The notes: a model not told the origin generated them from the sequence alone. A stretch of 64,000 bases of DNA from Eledone cirrhosa (GCA_964016885.1 OZ024757.1:31558001-31622000); one strand, 5' to 3'. Numbered from the stretch's first letter, positions 1 to 14,483 are shown. Numbers and translations are program-made.

Positions 1-520
1 AGGGCCATATCTCTATGCTCTTTATGACCCGAGTTCAAATCCCACCGAGGTTAACTTTGCCTTAATCGTTTCTACCTTTGGCACAAGGCCAGCAATTACC
101 CCAGTGTATTACTGGTACTTTATTTTATCGACCCCGTAAGGATGAAAGGCAAAGTTAACCTCGGCAGGATTTGAACTCAGATCATAAAGGGCCATATCTC
201 TATGCTCTTTATGACCCGAGTTCAAATCCCACCGAGGTTAACTTTGCCTTAATCGTTTCTACCTTTGGCACAAGGCCAGCAATTACCCCAGTGTATTACT
301 GGTACTTTATTTTATCGACCCCGTAAGGATGAAAGGCAAAGTTAACCTCGGCAGGATTTGAACTCAGATCATAAAGGGCCATACCTCTATGCTCTTTATG
401 ATCCGAGTTCAAATCCCACCGAGGTTAACTTTGCCTTAATCGTTTCTACTTTTGGCACAAGGCCAGCAATTACCCCAGTGTATTACTGGTACTTTATTTT
501 ATCGACCCCGTAAGGATGAA
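1..520. repeat. 187-bp tandem repeat (~2.8 units) made of two head-to-head SINE fragments
   Basis: Unit starts 'agggccata' at 1, 188 and 375. Each unit holds a minus-strand SINE body plus a short plus-strand B-box piece. Confidence 0.9.
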
Positions 521-539
521 ACTATTATTAATAATCACA

Positions 540-830
540 ATCAAATGCCTCCAAGGTTAGCTTCGCATTTCATCCTTACGGAGGTCGATAACATTAAGTA
601 CCAGTAACACACTGAGGTCAGTAATTGCTGGCCTTGTGCCAAAAGTAGAAAGAATTATTAATTATCACATTCTCAATTCAAATCCCTCCAAGGTTAGCTT
701 CTCATTGCCTTTCATCCTTATAGGGGGGGGGGGGGGGGGTCGATAAAATAAAGTACCAGTAACGGACTGGGGTCGATTTAATCGACTTTTCCTCCCTTCA
801 AATTGCTGGTCTTGTGCCTAAACCTGAACC
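540..830 (+). mobile_element. Two 5'-truncated octopus tRNA-derived SINE copies
   Basis: Both carry the family core 'tttcatcctta..ggtcgataa..taagtaccagtaa..ctg..gtc' and the 'aattgctgg.cttgtgcc' tail. Confidence 0.8.
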
Positions 831-994
831 CGTGTAATTTGGCCAATATCAGGCTAAGTTGTTTATCAGGCATATTAAGTGTGGAGTGAAATAAGTTACC
901 TCCCCCTCCCCCTCCCCTAACAGAAAAGGAAAGAAAGGAAAGAATGAAAAAATATGTAGGTTGTGCTGAATATCCTAAATACTTCTTGCATGCA

Positions 995-1019
995 TATATG
1001 TATGTCTGGCGGTATATAG

Positions 1020-1050
<31 letters not shown>

Positions 1051-1056
1051 TGTATG

Positions 1057-1088
<32 letters not shown>

Positions 1089-1116
1089 TGTATGTATGTA
1101 TGTATATGTATGTATG

Positions 1117-1148
<32 letters not shown>

Positions 1149-1156
1149 TATATATG

Positions 1157-1188
<32 letters not shown>

Positions 1189-1672
1189 TATGTATGTATA
1201 TATATATATATATATGTATGTATATATATATATATGTATGTATATATATATATATGTATGTATATATATATATATGTATGTATATATATATATGTATGTA
1301 TATATATATATGTATGTATATATATATATGTATGTATATATATATGTATGTATGTATGTATATATATATATGTATGTATATATATATATGTATGTATATA
1401 TATATATGTATGTATATGTATGTATGTATGTATGTATATGTATGTATGTATATATAAATATATATATGTATGTATATATAAATATATATATATGTATGTA
1501 TATATAAATATATATATGTATGTATATATAAATATATATATGTATGTATATATAAATATATATATGTATGTATATATAAATATATATATATGTATGTATA
1601 TATAAATATATATATATGTATGTATATATAAATATATATATATGTATGTATATATATATATATATATATATA
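995..1672. repeat. (TATG)n/(TA)n compound microsatellite
   Basis: Directly visible in the sequence. Confidence 0.95.
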
Positions 1673-1843
1673 ATGTTAGGTGTGTAACTAGTTACAAGCG
1701 GCGCGCCGTTCGTAGCACTCAATATATGTACATGTGTGTGAATATGTATATATATGTACATGTGTGTGAATATGTATATATATATGCATATGTACACATG
1801 TAATATATGTGTGTATAAATGTACACATTTATTATATGTCTAT

Positions 1844-1878
<35 letters not shown>

Positions 1879-2084
1879 TGTATATATGTGTACCAAATGG
1901 GTAAGGAAGTTGGAATTTCAGTAAACAGCTGAACAAGTATGTGTAATGTTTGCAGCAGGTTGAGAGAGGTGGGGGGGGGGGATAGAGACGTATTGTCCCC
2001 CCCCCCCGTCACCACCACCACCACCACCTACTACTACTACTACTCACTTTATTACCTTTCCTTCTATAATACCACATCACCTAC

Positions 2085-2089
2085 TATAC

Positions 2090-2124
<35 letters not shown>

Positions 2125-2740
2125 TATCAGTACAGTTATATATATATATATATATGCGTATATATACACACACACACTCATATCCCAATAAATATATACA
2201 TATATATATATGTATGTAAACGTATATACACACACACATAAACACACAAGCACACATACTCATATATACAACACACACACATATCAGTACAGTTATATAT
2301 ATATATATATATATGCGTATATATACACACACACACTCATATCCCAATAAATATATACATATATATATATGTATGTAAACGTATATACACACACACATAA
2401 ACACACAAGCACACATACTCATATATACAACACACACACATATCAGTACAGTTATATATATATATATATATATGCGAATATGTACACACACACACTCACA
2501 TCCCAATAAATATATACATATATATATGTATATATATATGTATACGTATTTACACACACACATAAACACACAAGCACAATTACTCATATATACAACACAC
2601 ACACATATCAGTACAGTTATATATATATATATGCGTATATGTACACACACACAGACTCACATCCCAATAAATATATACATATATATATGTATATATATAT
2701 GTATACGTATATACACACACACACATAAACACACACAACT
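2085..2740. repeat. ~180-bp tandem repeat of microsatellite-rich units (~3.5 copies)
   Basis: Recurrent anchors 'atatcagtacagtt' and 'atcccaataaatat'. Confidence 0.85.
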
Positions 2741-2771
2741 GCTAAAGTTGGTGTTTTACACATATTTTCAG

Positions 2772-2822
2772 TATTTTTCTTCCTCTCCTACCCGCTTCTC
2801 TCCTGATGCTAGCCCGTCTCGG
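2772..2822 (+). CDS. Candidate 51-nt phase-0 exon (YFSSSPTRFSPDASPSR)
   Basis: ttttcag| acceptor, open Ser/Pro-rich frame, weak |gtatct donor. Non-repetitive island between microsatellites. Confidence 0.25.
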
Positions 2823-3643
2823 GTATCTCGTTCTAGAAAGAATGCCACAACATACTACTTCACTCTCACACACACATATATATATATACACATACATATA
2901 CACACACATATATATATATATATATACACATATACCCCCACACATACACCATTATCTCTATTTGTGTATGTGTATGTATACATGTATATATATGTGTGTG
3001 TGTGCGTATATATATGTCTGTGTGCGTGTGATGTATATATATATATGTGTGTGTGTGTTACTGAAGAAGAAAAAAGAGCTCAATAATTTCTAATTTAATA
3101 AAAACACAACAAAAAACAACACAGTAAACTTTTTTTTAAGATTCTCTGGTAAACAGGAAGGATAATAAAATATAACACCACTTCAAATATTGTGTAGAGC
3201 TGTATCTCTCTATATACACATATATTTATATATATATGTGTGGGTGTATGTGAGTGTGTGTGTATATTTATATATGAGTGTATATGTATGTATGTGTGTG
3301 AGTGTATGTGTGTGTGTGTATATGAATGTATATATATATATATGTGGGTGTATGTGAGTGTATGTGTGTATATATGTATATTTATATATGAGTGTATATG
3401 TATGTATGTGTGTATATGAATGTATATATATATATATATATGTGTGTGTGGGTGTATGTGAGTGTGTGTGTATATTTATGAGTGTATATGTATCTGTGTG
3501 TGTGAGTGTGTGTATATGAATATATATATATATATGTGGGTGTATGTGAGTGTATGTGTGTATATATGTATATTTATATGTGTGTGTGTATGTGATTGTA
3601 TATATGTGAGTGTATGTATGTATGTGTGTGTGTGTGTGTATGT

Positions 3644-3682
<39 letters not shown>

Positions 3683-4063
3683 GTATATATAATCTTACTC
3701 TCAAATAATATATATGCATTTATATTTATGAATGTGTGTATATAATATATATATATATATATACACATAATTACACAATCATATATATGTATGAGTGTAT
3801 ATATGTATATACATACATATATCTCCCAGTCAAATAATACCTCTAGATAATCACGTAATATCCACACAGACACATATATATATATATATCCACACACACA
3901 CATCCATCCACACACTCACACACATAGATCCACACACTCACACATCCATCCACGCACATACACACACACACATACTCACGCATATATATCCACACATTTA
4001 GTCTATCTAATACTACCATTTAGCAGATTATAATGTAACTGCGGATGGTTGGTTACATAACAC

Positions 4064-4123
<60 letters not shown>

Positions 4124-4384
4124 GGAGGGTAAGGTGATAGATATAGATACATAGAGGGAGGGAGGGATAGGAAAAGAATTCCAAAAATAAGTGACCTCGT
4201 AAAGTTCTCTGTAACCCTCGTTGCATCCTTCTCCTCTTCTCGTTGGCGGTGTTTCAACCATTGTGTAATAACGTCATATATGCCCGCCACATTCTCTCTT
4301 CAGACTAGAATTCTTTGTTTCAATCCAAGATTAGGAAAATTTCTTAAACTAAATTTCTATTTTTTAGGATGTTGCCATCTTTGC

Positions 4385-4860
4385 GGTGGCTAAAATGGCG
4401 GAGTCGTTAGATAAAATGCTTTACGATATTCTTTTCGACTCTCTGCTCTCTGGGTTCAAAACCCGTCGATGTCAATTTTGTCTTTCATCCATTTCGAGGC
4501 CGATAAAAAAATGCCAGTCAAGTACTGAGGCCGATTCTTCCTCTATATTTCTTTCTCGCTTCTAGAGAATGCTTGAAAGTGAGAGAATGGAAGTTCAAAT
4601 ACCAGCCAAGTACTGGGGTAGATTCTCCCATCCAGACTATCACTTTCTCGCCTTCTCTGGAAGTTCAAATCCCACCGTGGTCAATAAAAAAAAAATACCA
4701 GTCTAGTACTGGGGTAGACTCTTCATCTATATCTCTTTCTCGCTTCCAGACTCTCACTTTTTATCCGTTTTTGTAATTTCAAATCCCGCAAAGGTCAGCT
4801 TTGCCTTTCATCCATTTCGTGGTCGATAAAAAAAGTATCACTCGAGAACTGGAGTCGATT
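4385..4860 (+). mobile_element. Cluster of diverged tRNA-SINE copies
   Basis: A-box-like 'ggcggagtcgttag', B-box 'gggttcaaaaccc', and repeated 'tttcatccatttcg..gataaaa..accagt..agtactgggg'. Confidence 0.7.
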
Positions 4861-5267
4861 TTTTCTCTATATCTCTTTCTCACCTTAATTCTCTCACTCT
4901 CTGTCCTTCTCTGGAAGAAATCTGCTGTGTTTAGTAGACCTGGAGAAAATATGGACACCGCCATGTTTAAAGATACCATAGAAACGCAGTATGTCAATAT
5001 GGCGCCCTTGCGACTCTTACGAGACCATTCATGCATACCATCTCTGTAAGCGTTTCTATTACCATTAGTTGCCAATAAATACACTGTCCCTATGGTTTTC
5101 AAATAATGAAGAATTTGGAGAGATTTAGTAATAAATATAACTTTCTCATTATTAAGTTGGTGTTTGGAACATAACAAGGGTACCTCCGTAAAATTATGAT
5201 GTAAGGTTTGTAGTGCATTTTAAAATAATGATGTGTGTGTGTATATGTATGTGTATGCATGTATATG

Positions 5268-5325
<58 letters not shown>

Positions 5326-5338
5326 CATATATACACAC

Positions 5339-5387
<49 letters not shown>

Positions 5388-5472
5388 TATATATACATAT
5401 ATATACACATATATATATACATATATATACACATATATATATACATATATATACACACATATATATATATAC

Positions 5473-5509
<37 letters not shown>

Positions 5510-5536
5510 CATATATATATATATGTGTATATATAT

Positions 5537-5603
<67 letters not shown>

Positions 5604-5642
5604 ATATTAATATTAACAAATAGATATTCTTGTGATCAACTA

Positions 5643-5709
5643 TATTTTATTATACATATTTCAGAGGTACTGAGTTAACTTCAACACTACGTCCTCATCA
5701 GATAAAATA
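5643..5709 (-). ncRNA. Type I hammerhead ribozyme (family B)
   Basis: Minus strand reads tattttat-CTGATGA-ggac..cctct-GAAA-tatgta-TA-ataaaata. Stem I is 8 bp. Confidence 0.65.
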
Positions 5710-5929
5710 AGATGATGCATGACATATCCTGACATAGTAGATGGTTAAGATTCAGTCATGGTAGTGAGTAATATATGACAAAACTCAATATTTATATACC
5801 TTAATATTGAGAACATGAGAAAAATATATAATACATACAATAGAGAGGGTGCGTGTGAGACAGCTTGAGTGCTTCCTATCTATTGTAAAACTCATTCTTT
5901 GATTTATTCAATGAACCTTGTTTAACTTT

Positions 5930-5968
<39 letters not shown>

Positions 5969-6007
5969 GTAAGTTTGGTAGACATATCCAAGAGTAAGAG
6001 TACTCAG

Positions 6008-6116
6008 GACATAAACAGGTACTTAAGTTTCGTTGGATTCTAGACCCCAACTCATTATGGTAGGCTGAATGAGTTGGGGTCCAGAACCCAACGAAATTTT
6101 AGTACCTGTTTATGTC
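6008..6116. ncRNA. Fold-back palindrome containing a hammerhead variant (CUGAAUGA core)
   Basis: Arms 6008-6056 and 6068-6116. Plus strand reads tagg-CTGAATGA-gttggg..cccaac-GAAA-ttttag-TA-cctg. Confidence 0.55.
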
Positions 6117-6152
6117 ACTGGTGTAATTATATGAATTCTTCAGTAGCCCGAG

Positions 6153-6185
<33 letters not shown>

Positions 6186-6559
6186 TGTTAAATATGGTTT
6201 CGTTATATGATAGATTAGAGATTCTATTAGATACTCCTTTAGTAATAGAGTTTAATATGGATGGTTAGAGTTGGTATTCAGATAAATTAGTTTTTCGTTT
6301 GGTTTATGAAAGGGTGTGTATATTTTAGAGTCCAGGCAAAGGGTAGCATCAAGGAAGTTAACGTTTTTAGTGTTTCTACTAAGGTGATACTTAAGTTGAA
6401 GTTTTTGAAAATTTTGTGTAATTGTTTCCTAGTTTTTTCTGCACCTGATGTTCTTCCATTGAGCTATTTCTCTTACTGGTAATAAGGTAGTAGGAAATTA
6501 CTGACCTTCCCTGTTTATAGTTGTTTATAGTATATATAACTATAAATAGTAATATTATA

Positions 6560-6597
<38 letters not shown>

Positions 6598-7469
6598 GCA
6601 CATACATGTATGTCTTAGTGGAACAAAGAAATTGTTAGATTTGATAATATATCATATGTCGATATCACACATACACACACACACACATTATATACACTGA
6701 CTCATAGACATATGTCCTCGTACATGTTAGAGAGATCAGCTAGTTTCCAGTCGACCCTACAACCCACACAAACGTACTCCATTTCCTATCATGGCCTTCC
6801 CTACCGCCCACTTAATTCCAGTCACATGGGAACCTTCAGTAAAATGGATATCCCTCTCCCTAACTCAGATCCTACTACGAAGAGTGGTATGCTCATTCTT
6901 TCTGTCCCTGTCCCTCTCTTTATCAGTCTGTTTCCCTTTCTTTGTATGTCTTTTTCTTCCCCCTTCCTCTATCAATCTCTCACAGACTCTCTTTCTCTCT
7001 TACTTCTCCAATAAGTCTCTTTTACTCTTCCTTCCTCTATCATACACATACACTCTCTCTCTCTCATCCTTCCTCTATCAGTGTCTCTCTCTCTCACACA
7101 TACACACTCTCTATTTCTCTCATCCTTTCTCTGTCAGTCTCTCTCGCTCCCTCGTCCTTTCTCTGTCAGTCTCTCTCGCTCCCTCGTCCTTCTTCTATCA
7201 GTCTTCTCTCTCATTCAGTAATGTCAACAAACACTAACATGACGTGAATATACCTAAGTTTTCTATTTCGGAAGTTAGACGCCATTTTTTAAAAACCCTT
7301 TCTATTACACTATGACTATATTTCTAACGAAACAAGGTTCCCTGTGATTTTCAAATAACCAACAATTCTTAGGGGACTATTTAGAATAAGAACTAACTTC
7401 TCATTATTAAGCTGGTGCCTCGGAAAGTAACTCAACAAAGGCAGAATAAGAATGTGATTCATCAGCATA

Positions 7470-7760
7470 TTCGCAGGTTTTAATGGCTGAAACCCGTGTA
7501 ATAAATAAGACAGGCCGCAGTCTAATGGCTGGAAGTGTAAGAAGACGCAGTCTTCAAGGCTGGAGCCAGTTTTATAAGGTGATGCCCCAACAAGGTCGCA
7601 GTCCTAATGGCTGAAGCCAGTGTTATTAGGTGATGATTCCCCAACATGACCGCAGGTTTTAATGGCACGAAACCAGTGTAATAAAGTGATGTCCCAGCAT
7701 GGCCGCTGTCTAATGGCAGAAACCAGTGTTAGAAGGCGATGCCCCAATATGGCTGCCCAA
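7470..7760 (+). repeat. Diverged ~45-50-bp tandem repeat derived from a SINE 3' tail
   Basis: Units resemble 'gccccarcatggccgcagtctaatggctgaaaccagtg'. Confidence 0.75.
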
Positions 7761-7893
7761 AGAATGAAATGTGTTTCAAGAATAAGTGTGGTCAGGTTTA
7801 TAGGACACAAGGAATTGTAAACATATCAATCGCATCTCATATATACAGGAATGTTAAGAGATGATGTATAGTTATTAGTAGGATATAGTGTGA

Positions 7894-7925
<32 letters not shown>

Positions 7926-7926
7926 G

Positions 7927-7984
<58 letters not shown>

Positions 7985-8142
7985 AAACACACAAACACAC
8001 ACACACGTGTGTGTAGAGAGAGGTGTATATATATATATTGTTCAGATCAGGAATTGTGTGATATAGTAACCGGTATTGTGGTGTGTATATATATATATAT
8101 ATATATATATGTGTGCTTGTGTAGATGCGGGATGTATATATA

Positions 8143-8334
8143 TAATTGTTTCTACTTTTGGCACAAGGCCAGCAATTTTCCCAGTGCATTACTGGTACTT
8201 TATTTCATCGACCCCGTAAGGATGAAAGGCAAAGTTAACCTCGGCGGGATTTGAATTCAGATCATAAAGGGAGGTAACTCTATGCTTCAAAGCATGGCGC
8301 CCGACCCTCTACCGATACTGCCAATCCACCGCCC
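8143..8334 (-). mobile_element. Full-length tRNA-derived SINE
   Basis: Minus strand has A box 'tggcagtatcggtaga', B box 'gaattcaaatccc', the family core and an AT tail. Confidence 0.9.
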
Positions 8335-8395
8335 TATATATATATATATATATAATGTCTATGCACGTGTGTTGGGTGTGTAGACATGTGATGGG

Positions 8396-8528
<133 letters not shown>

Positions 8529-8569
8529 GATGTTAGTGTGTCACACACAGTATCTCATTGTGTACCCAT

Positions 8570-8626
<57 letters not shown>

Positions 8627-8649
8627 TACACACGTAAGAGCGTGTTCAC

Positions 8650-8721
<72 letters not shown>

Positions 8722-8967
8722 GGTACATGAGTGTGAACTAGATGCGAGCTGTTTACTAGATCAGTACGAACCATCTGGCCAGCATAAACAACCAATTAAA
8801 AAGAAGCCTGACATATTTAGGTCACCCAGCTGTGGTGGTGGTGGTGGTGGTGTCCTCCCAATAATTAACACATTATTTCAACTCACACAACATGACACAG
8901 CAGCAGTTTGGACAATAAAAGATAACAATCTTGTCTAAATCTCTTCTCCTATAAAACATAGTTAACA

Positions 8968-9262
8968 TTGTCTATATATATTCTATATAGCGTAGTAATA
9001 TAGTACGTTGTCTATATATCTTCTATATAGCGTAGTAATATAGTACGTTGTCTATATATCTTCTATATAGCGTAGTAATATAGTACGTTGTCTATATATC
9101 TTCTATATAGCGTAGTAATATAGTACGTTGTCTATATATCTTCTATATAACGTAGTAACAGAATATATTGTCTATATACATCTTCTATAGAACATAGTAA
9201 TATAGTACATTGTCTGTACAACTTCTATATAATGTAGTAATATTACTATGTTATATAGAAGA
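8968..9262. repeat. ~40-bp minisatellite (~6-7 copies) ending in a fold-back
   Basis: Unit 'ttgtctatatatcttctatatagcgtagtaatatagtacg'. The last unit is mirrored as 'cttctatataatgtagtaat|attactatgttatatagaag'. Confidence 0.85.
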
Positions 9263-9280
9263 TATATAGTATTGTTATTA

Positions 9281-9468
9281 TGGATTGGCAGTATCGGTAG
9301 AGGTCGGACGCCATGCTTTCCAGCATAGTTACGTCCCTTTACGATCTGAGTTCAAATCCCGCCGAGGTTGACTTTGCCTTTCATCCTTACGGGGTCGCTA
9401 AAATAAAGTACCAGTAATGCACTGGGTAATTGCTGGCCTTGTGCCTAAAGTAGAAACAATTATTATTA
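9281..9468 (+). mobile_element. Near full-length tRNA-derived SINE
   Basis: A and B boxes plus core, same family as 8143-8334. Confidence 0.9.
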
Positions 9469-9722
9469 TGTATATATAGTATATTTGGTAATACACTGTA
9501 TGTTTAATTAAAAACATTTTGAAGAGCATTCGCTATGCGTTTTAGAGTAGTGACTATGTCACTTACTTATGCTCGGCGAAAACAACAGAGAGTGATCGAC
9601 AAACAGCCTGTTTCTCGCTTGTGAGCTCTTATCAAGGACCACACACACACTCCGCTGCCTTTGCCGATAATTATGGAAGCTGGATTGTTATAGAATTCCA
9701 TTAATAATCAGGAACTGATAAA

Positions 9723-9937
9723 CCCTTTAGCATTTACATTACTCTATATATACTATTATATTTTCATGGTAAAGGCTTTACCTTACATAATTATCTCACA
9801 TAATATCGAATCTATGAGATTTTGAAAGTATTTATTTTGAGAACAATACCTTAACATAAGTTTGAGCGACCGGTTACAGCCAGTTTCAACAGAAAGAAGT
9901 AGAGAATTCTGGCCGGTTTTGAACATTAAATAAAGGG
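9723..9937. mobile_element. piggyBac-like MITE
   Basis: CCCTTT...AAAGGG termini in a TAA/TT context. Reverse-complement relative of 40803-41008. Confidence 0.7.
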
Positions 9938-10102
9938 TTTTAAAAAAAAAAAAAAAGCTGCTTCAGAAGTAACCCCTGTTTAGAACTGACTGTACAATTA
10001 TTCAGGTTTGAAAAAGCTTATTGATGTTAATACATGGCGTATGTTTGGGGTTAAAACTTTGCTGGATGACAATTTAAAATATGGGAAGAATTGATGAGGA
10101 GA

Positions 10103-10570
10103 TTTGGGATTGCAGGAGAAACATGAGACAGTGAGAATGTGTGTGTACATATGTATGAGCGTATGGGTACAAACATGTACAGGCGTGTATGTATGAGCGT
10201 ATGTGTGTGTGTGTATGTGTGTTTGGGATTGCAGGAAAGAAATCAGTGAGAATGTGTGTGTGTGTATGGATACAAACATGTATAGGTGTACGTATGCTTG
10301 TAAATGTGTGTGTTTGGGATTGCAGGAGAGAAATCAGACAGTGAGAATGTGTGTATATATGTATGAGTGTATGGGTACAAACATGTACAGGCGTGAATGT
10401 ATGCTTGTGTACAGGCGTGAATGTATGCTTGTGTACAGGCGTGAATGTATGCTTGTGTACTGGCGTGAATGTATGCTTGTGTACAGGCGTGTATGTATGC
10501 TTGTATGTGTATCTGTATACGTGTTTGTTTGTTTGGGATTGCAGGAGAGAAATCAGACAGTGGGAATATG
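10103..10570. repeat. Nested tandem repeat (4x 'tttgggattgcagga' units with 26-bp subrepeats)
   Basis: Directly visible in the sequence. Confidence 0.8.
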
Positions 10571-10592
10571 TGTATGTATGTATGTATGTATG

Positions 10593-10623
<31 letters not shown>

Positions 10624-12139
10624 GGGCATATATATATATACACACATGTATGTGTTAATGAGCAATGTGGGGTTAGGATGTTAGCATCCTAGAAAGGTAT
10701 GGGGGAGATGGGAAGGGAGTCAAAGACAGGCGGTGGGGAAAGGGTGTGTCTGTCTGTCTGTCTATATGGGATACATAATAATGTTTCCTGTAGGGGACAA
10801 GTCAGTCAGCCAGACAAGTATAGGATCTGTGTCAGTGGGAGAGGGTGGAGGTGTTGGCGGCGGTGTCAGACAGACTAGTGTGTGTATATATATATATATA
10901 TATATGTGTGCGTGTGTGTATACATGTGTGTGTGTATATATATCTGTATATGTGTGTGTGCATATATATCTGTATATGTGTATATGTGTACATGTATATA
11001 TATGTGCATATGTATATATCTGTGTATTTGTATGTATGTGTGTATGTATGTATGTATATATATATATATAGCTACTCATTTTATAAACCAATTTTGAAGT
11101 AGTGGTGGCGGCGGTGGCATGATGGTGGGGTATGGTGGGGTATGGTGGGGTATGGTGATGGCGGTGTGGGTAAAAAAAAATGAGGCTAGGAAAGTGTTAG
11201 ATTAAAAGGTAAAGGAGAAAAGGCGGGCGGTGGTGGGGTGGGGCAATGCAGTATTTTGCTGTGGTGGTGGTGGTGGTGTAAGAGAAGGGGAGGAGTTAAG
11301 GACAGAAACAAAATGGGGCTAGGAAAAAAAGGTAAAGAAGAAAAGGTCGGCGCGCGGTGGGCAATATTTTGCTAGGTCAATGTGATGATGGTGGTGGTGG
11401 TGGTGGTGGTAGAGGCGATGGTGGTGAAGGTGAAAGTGTGGTGGTGATGGAGGAGGTGAAATTGTGGTGGTGATGGTGTTGGAGTTGGAGGAGTTGTGGT
11501 GGTGGTGGTGGTGGTGGTGGAGGAGGAGGGAGGTATTGGTGGTAGTGGCGGAGGAAACAAAAATGAGGCTAGGAAAGTGTTAAGTTAGAAGGAAAGAGGT
11601 GGGGAGGGGGAAGAGTGCAGTAGCTAGGTCACTGTAACCTGGTTATTATTGATAAGGAGAGGAACATAGAATGCTGGCGGCGGTGGTGCGATGGTGGCGG
11701 CGGTGGTGCGATGGTGGCGGCGGTGGTGCGATGGTGGCGGTTGGGGAGATGTTTTATAATAAAGCACACATAATATATACACTATATACTAAACACCAAC
11801 CACACCACCACCAATACACACACACACACACATAGACCAGTACTACCACCCTACCATCACCACTACGACACAGTACACATATACACCACCACCACCACCA
11901 CTACACAGTGCACACATAGACCACCACCACCCCACCACCATCACTACCACACATTACACCAACACACACCACCACATTGTACACAATTACTATCACCAAC
12001 ACACTACTACTACTACCACACAGCCACCACCACATTATGCACCACTAATACCATACTAGTACCACCACGACCACACTACTACTACACACACCACAACATA
12101 GATAAAGTTAAATTGTATATTTAATGTAAAACTACTGAC

Positions 12140-12728
12140 ACAGACAGAGAGACTGACCAGAGGGACAGAGACTGGGGGACTGACCAGAGGGACTGAGGGA
12201 CAGACCAGAGACTGAGGGACAGACCAGAGACTGAGGGACTGACCAGAGACTGAGGGACTGACCAGAGACTGAGGGACAGACCAGAGAGACTGAGGGACTG
12301 ACTGACCTGAGGGACTGACCAGTGGGACAGAGACTGAGGGACTGACCAGAGGGACAGACCAGAGAGACTGAGGGACAGAGAGACTGGGGGACTGACCTGA
12401 GAGACTGAGTAACAGACAGAGACTGAGTGTCACTCAGGAACAGACAGCCAGAGAGACAGACCCAGACCTAGAGAGACTGGGGGAGAGAGACAGAGAGACC
12501 GAGGCTGGGGGAGAGAGACTGACACACTAGGGTGACAGAGAGACCGAGGCTGGGGGAGAGAGACTGACACACTAGGGAGACAGAGACTGACATACTAGGG
12601 TGACAGAGAGACCGAGGCTGGGGGAGAGAGACTGACACACTAGGGAGACAGAGACTGACACACTAGGGTGACAGAGAGACCGAGGCTGGGGGAGAGAGAC
12701 TGACACACTAGGGAGACAGACCGAGAGA
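12140..12728. repeat. Purine-rich minisatellites (gactgagggactgaccaga; 68-bp 'gagaccgaggctggggg' unit)
   Basis: Directly visible in the sequence. Confidence 0.85.
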
Positions 12729-13519
12729 CAAATAGGCTGGCTATATAACTTTCTAGCTGTTAAGGGTAAATAAAGTCAGGTAAATTAAGATGGGGTGTAG
12801 GAGAGGGAGTCAGGTATAAATAGAGGGTGTGGTGGTGTGACGGAGATGACCTTAGATGAATGTAGAACAAAAGTACAAAGTTTATTATTGTACACTACTA
12901 CCACCATTACTACACCACCACCACATGACTACTACACCATCACCACCACATGACTGCTACACCACATGACTACTACACCACCACCACCACATGACTGCTA
13001 CACCACCACCACCATTACTACTACACCACCACCATTACTACTACACCACCACCACCATTACTACTACACCACCACCACCATTACTACTACACCACCACCA
13101 CCATTACTACTACACCACCACCACCATTACTACTACACCACCATCACCATATGACTACTGCACCACCACCACCATTACTACTACACCACCACCACCACTA
13201 TCACCACCACCACCACCACCATATGACTACTACTATCGTCACTATTACACCTCACACTACCACTACCACCCATCATGCATAGCTGGGCTAAACAAAGAAC
13301 AAAAGATTTGAAGGGTTGGGCAACAACTACTACTACTACACCACACCAACACTATCACTATCACTACTACACCATACCAACACCATCACCACTACTATAC
13401 AATCACATCTGCACTACCACACCACCACTACTACTATACTATCATCTCCACCACCACTACTATCATTCCCACTACTACACCACACATCTGTCTTCGGACT
13501 GAAACTACTAAGAAAATAA

Positions 13520-13845
13520 GTGCCCCAGAATGACCGCAGTCTAATGACCGAAACTAGTAGTGCCCCAGTATGGCCGTAGTCTAATGACCGAAACCAGTAA
13601 AGTAGCGGTGCCCCAGTATGGCCGTAGTCTAATGACCGAAACCAGTAGAGTAGTAGTGCTCCGGTATGGCCGTAGTCTAATGACCGAAACCAGTAGAGTA
13701 GGAGTGCCCCAGTATGGCCGTAGTCTAATGACCGAAACCAGTAGAAGACTAGTAGTGCATGGCCGTAGACTAATGACCGAGCTAGTAAAATAGTAGTGCC
13801 CCAACATGGCCGTATTCTAATGACCGAAAGCCAGTATAAAAAATA
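13520..13845 (+). repeat. ~48-bp tandem array of a SINE 3' tail (~7 copies)
   Basis: Unit 'gtgccccagtatggccgtagtctaatgaccgaaaccagtag', followed by an A-rich tail. Confidence 0.85.
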
Positions 13846-14243
13846 AAAAAAGAATAAGAGAGAGATGGGGGGTGTTAACTAGACGAGGGTGGGGTGGGGT
13901 GTAAGAGGAGGAGTGTCAGGTAGAAAAAGAGTAAGAAATGAATTAGAAGGAAACAAAGAGGAGACTAGAGAGACACATGTGGTGGGAGGGGGAGAGGAAG
14001 AGAGACTAGAAGGCAGTAGCAAAAGTATTGGAAGACAAAGAAAGAGGTGTGGGGGTGTAGTAAGAGATATTAGTTTAGAGAGAGAATAAAGTACTAAACC
14101 GCTGGTCTAGTGACCTTGTGACATAAAACCAGTCACCCCAGTGTGTCTACGTGTAAGTGTGTGTCTGTGTGTGTGTGTCTGTGTGTGTGTGTGTCTGTGT
14201 GTTTGTGTGTCTGTGTGTGTGTGTGTGTGTGTTATTTTAATAA

Positions 14244-14291
<48 letters not shown>

Positions 14292-14483
14292 GTTATTCCG
14301 GGTTGAATCGGAGGTAACCACAGTAAGTAAGGTACTCAATACATAGCAGAGTATAAAAGTTTTAATATAGATGAGATTTTACAGGACAAGAACTGTTTCA
14401 TTCTTTAGAAATCATCAGGATTCCTGATGATTTCTAAAGAATGAAACAGTTCTAGTCCTGTATAATTTCATCTATATTAAAAC
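14292..14483. mobile_element. Penelope-terminus-like element, family A, with a double-hammerhead palindrome
   Basis: Palindrome 14360-14482. CTGATGA at 14424 on + and a mirror core on -. Same family as 21754, 38381 and 44196. Confidence 0.75.

Noticed and set aside
4190-4310. Coding-looking segment (VITQWLKHRQREEEKD) on the minus strand
   Set aside because: No convincing splice-site pair or recognisable domain; left uncalled.
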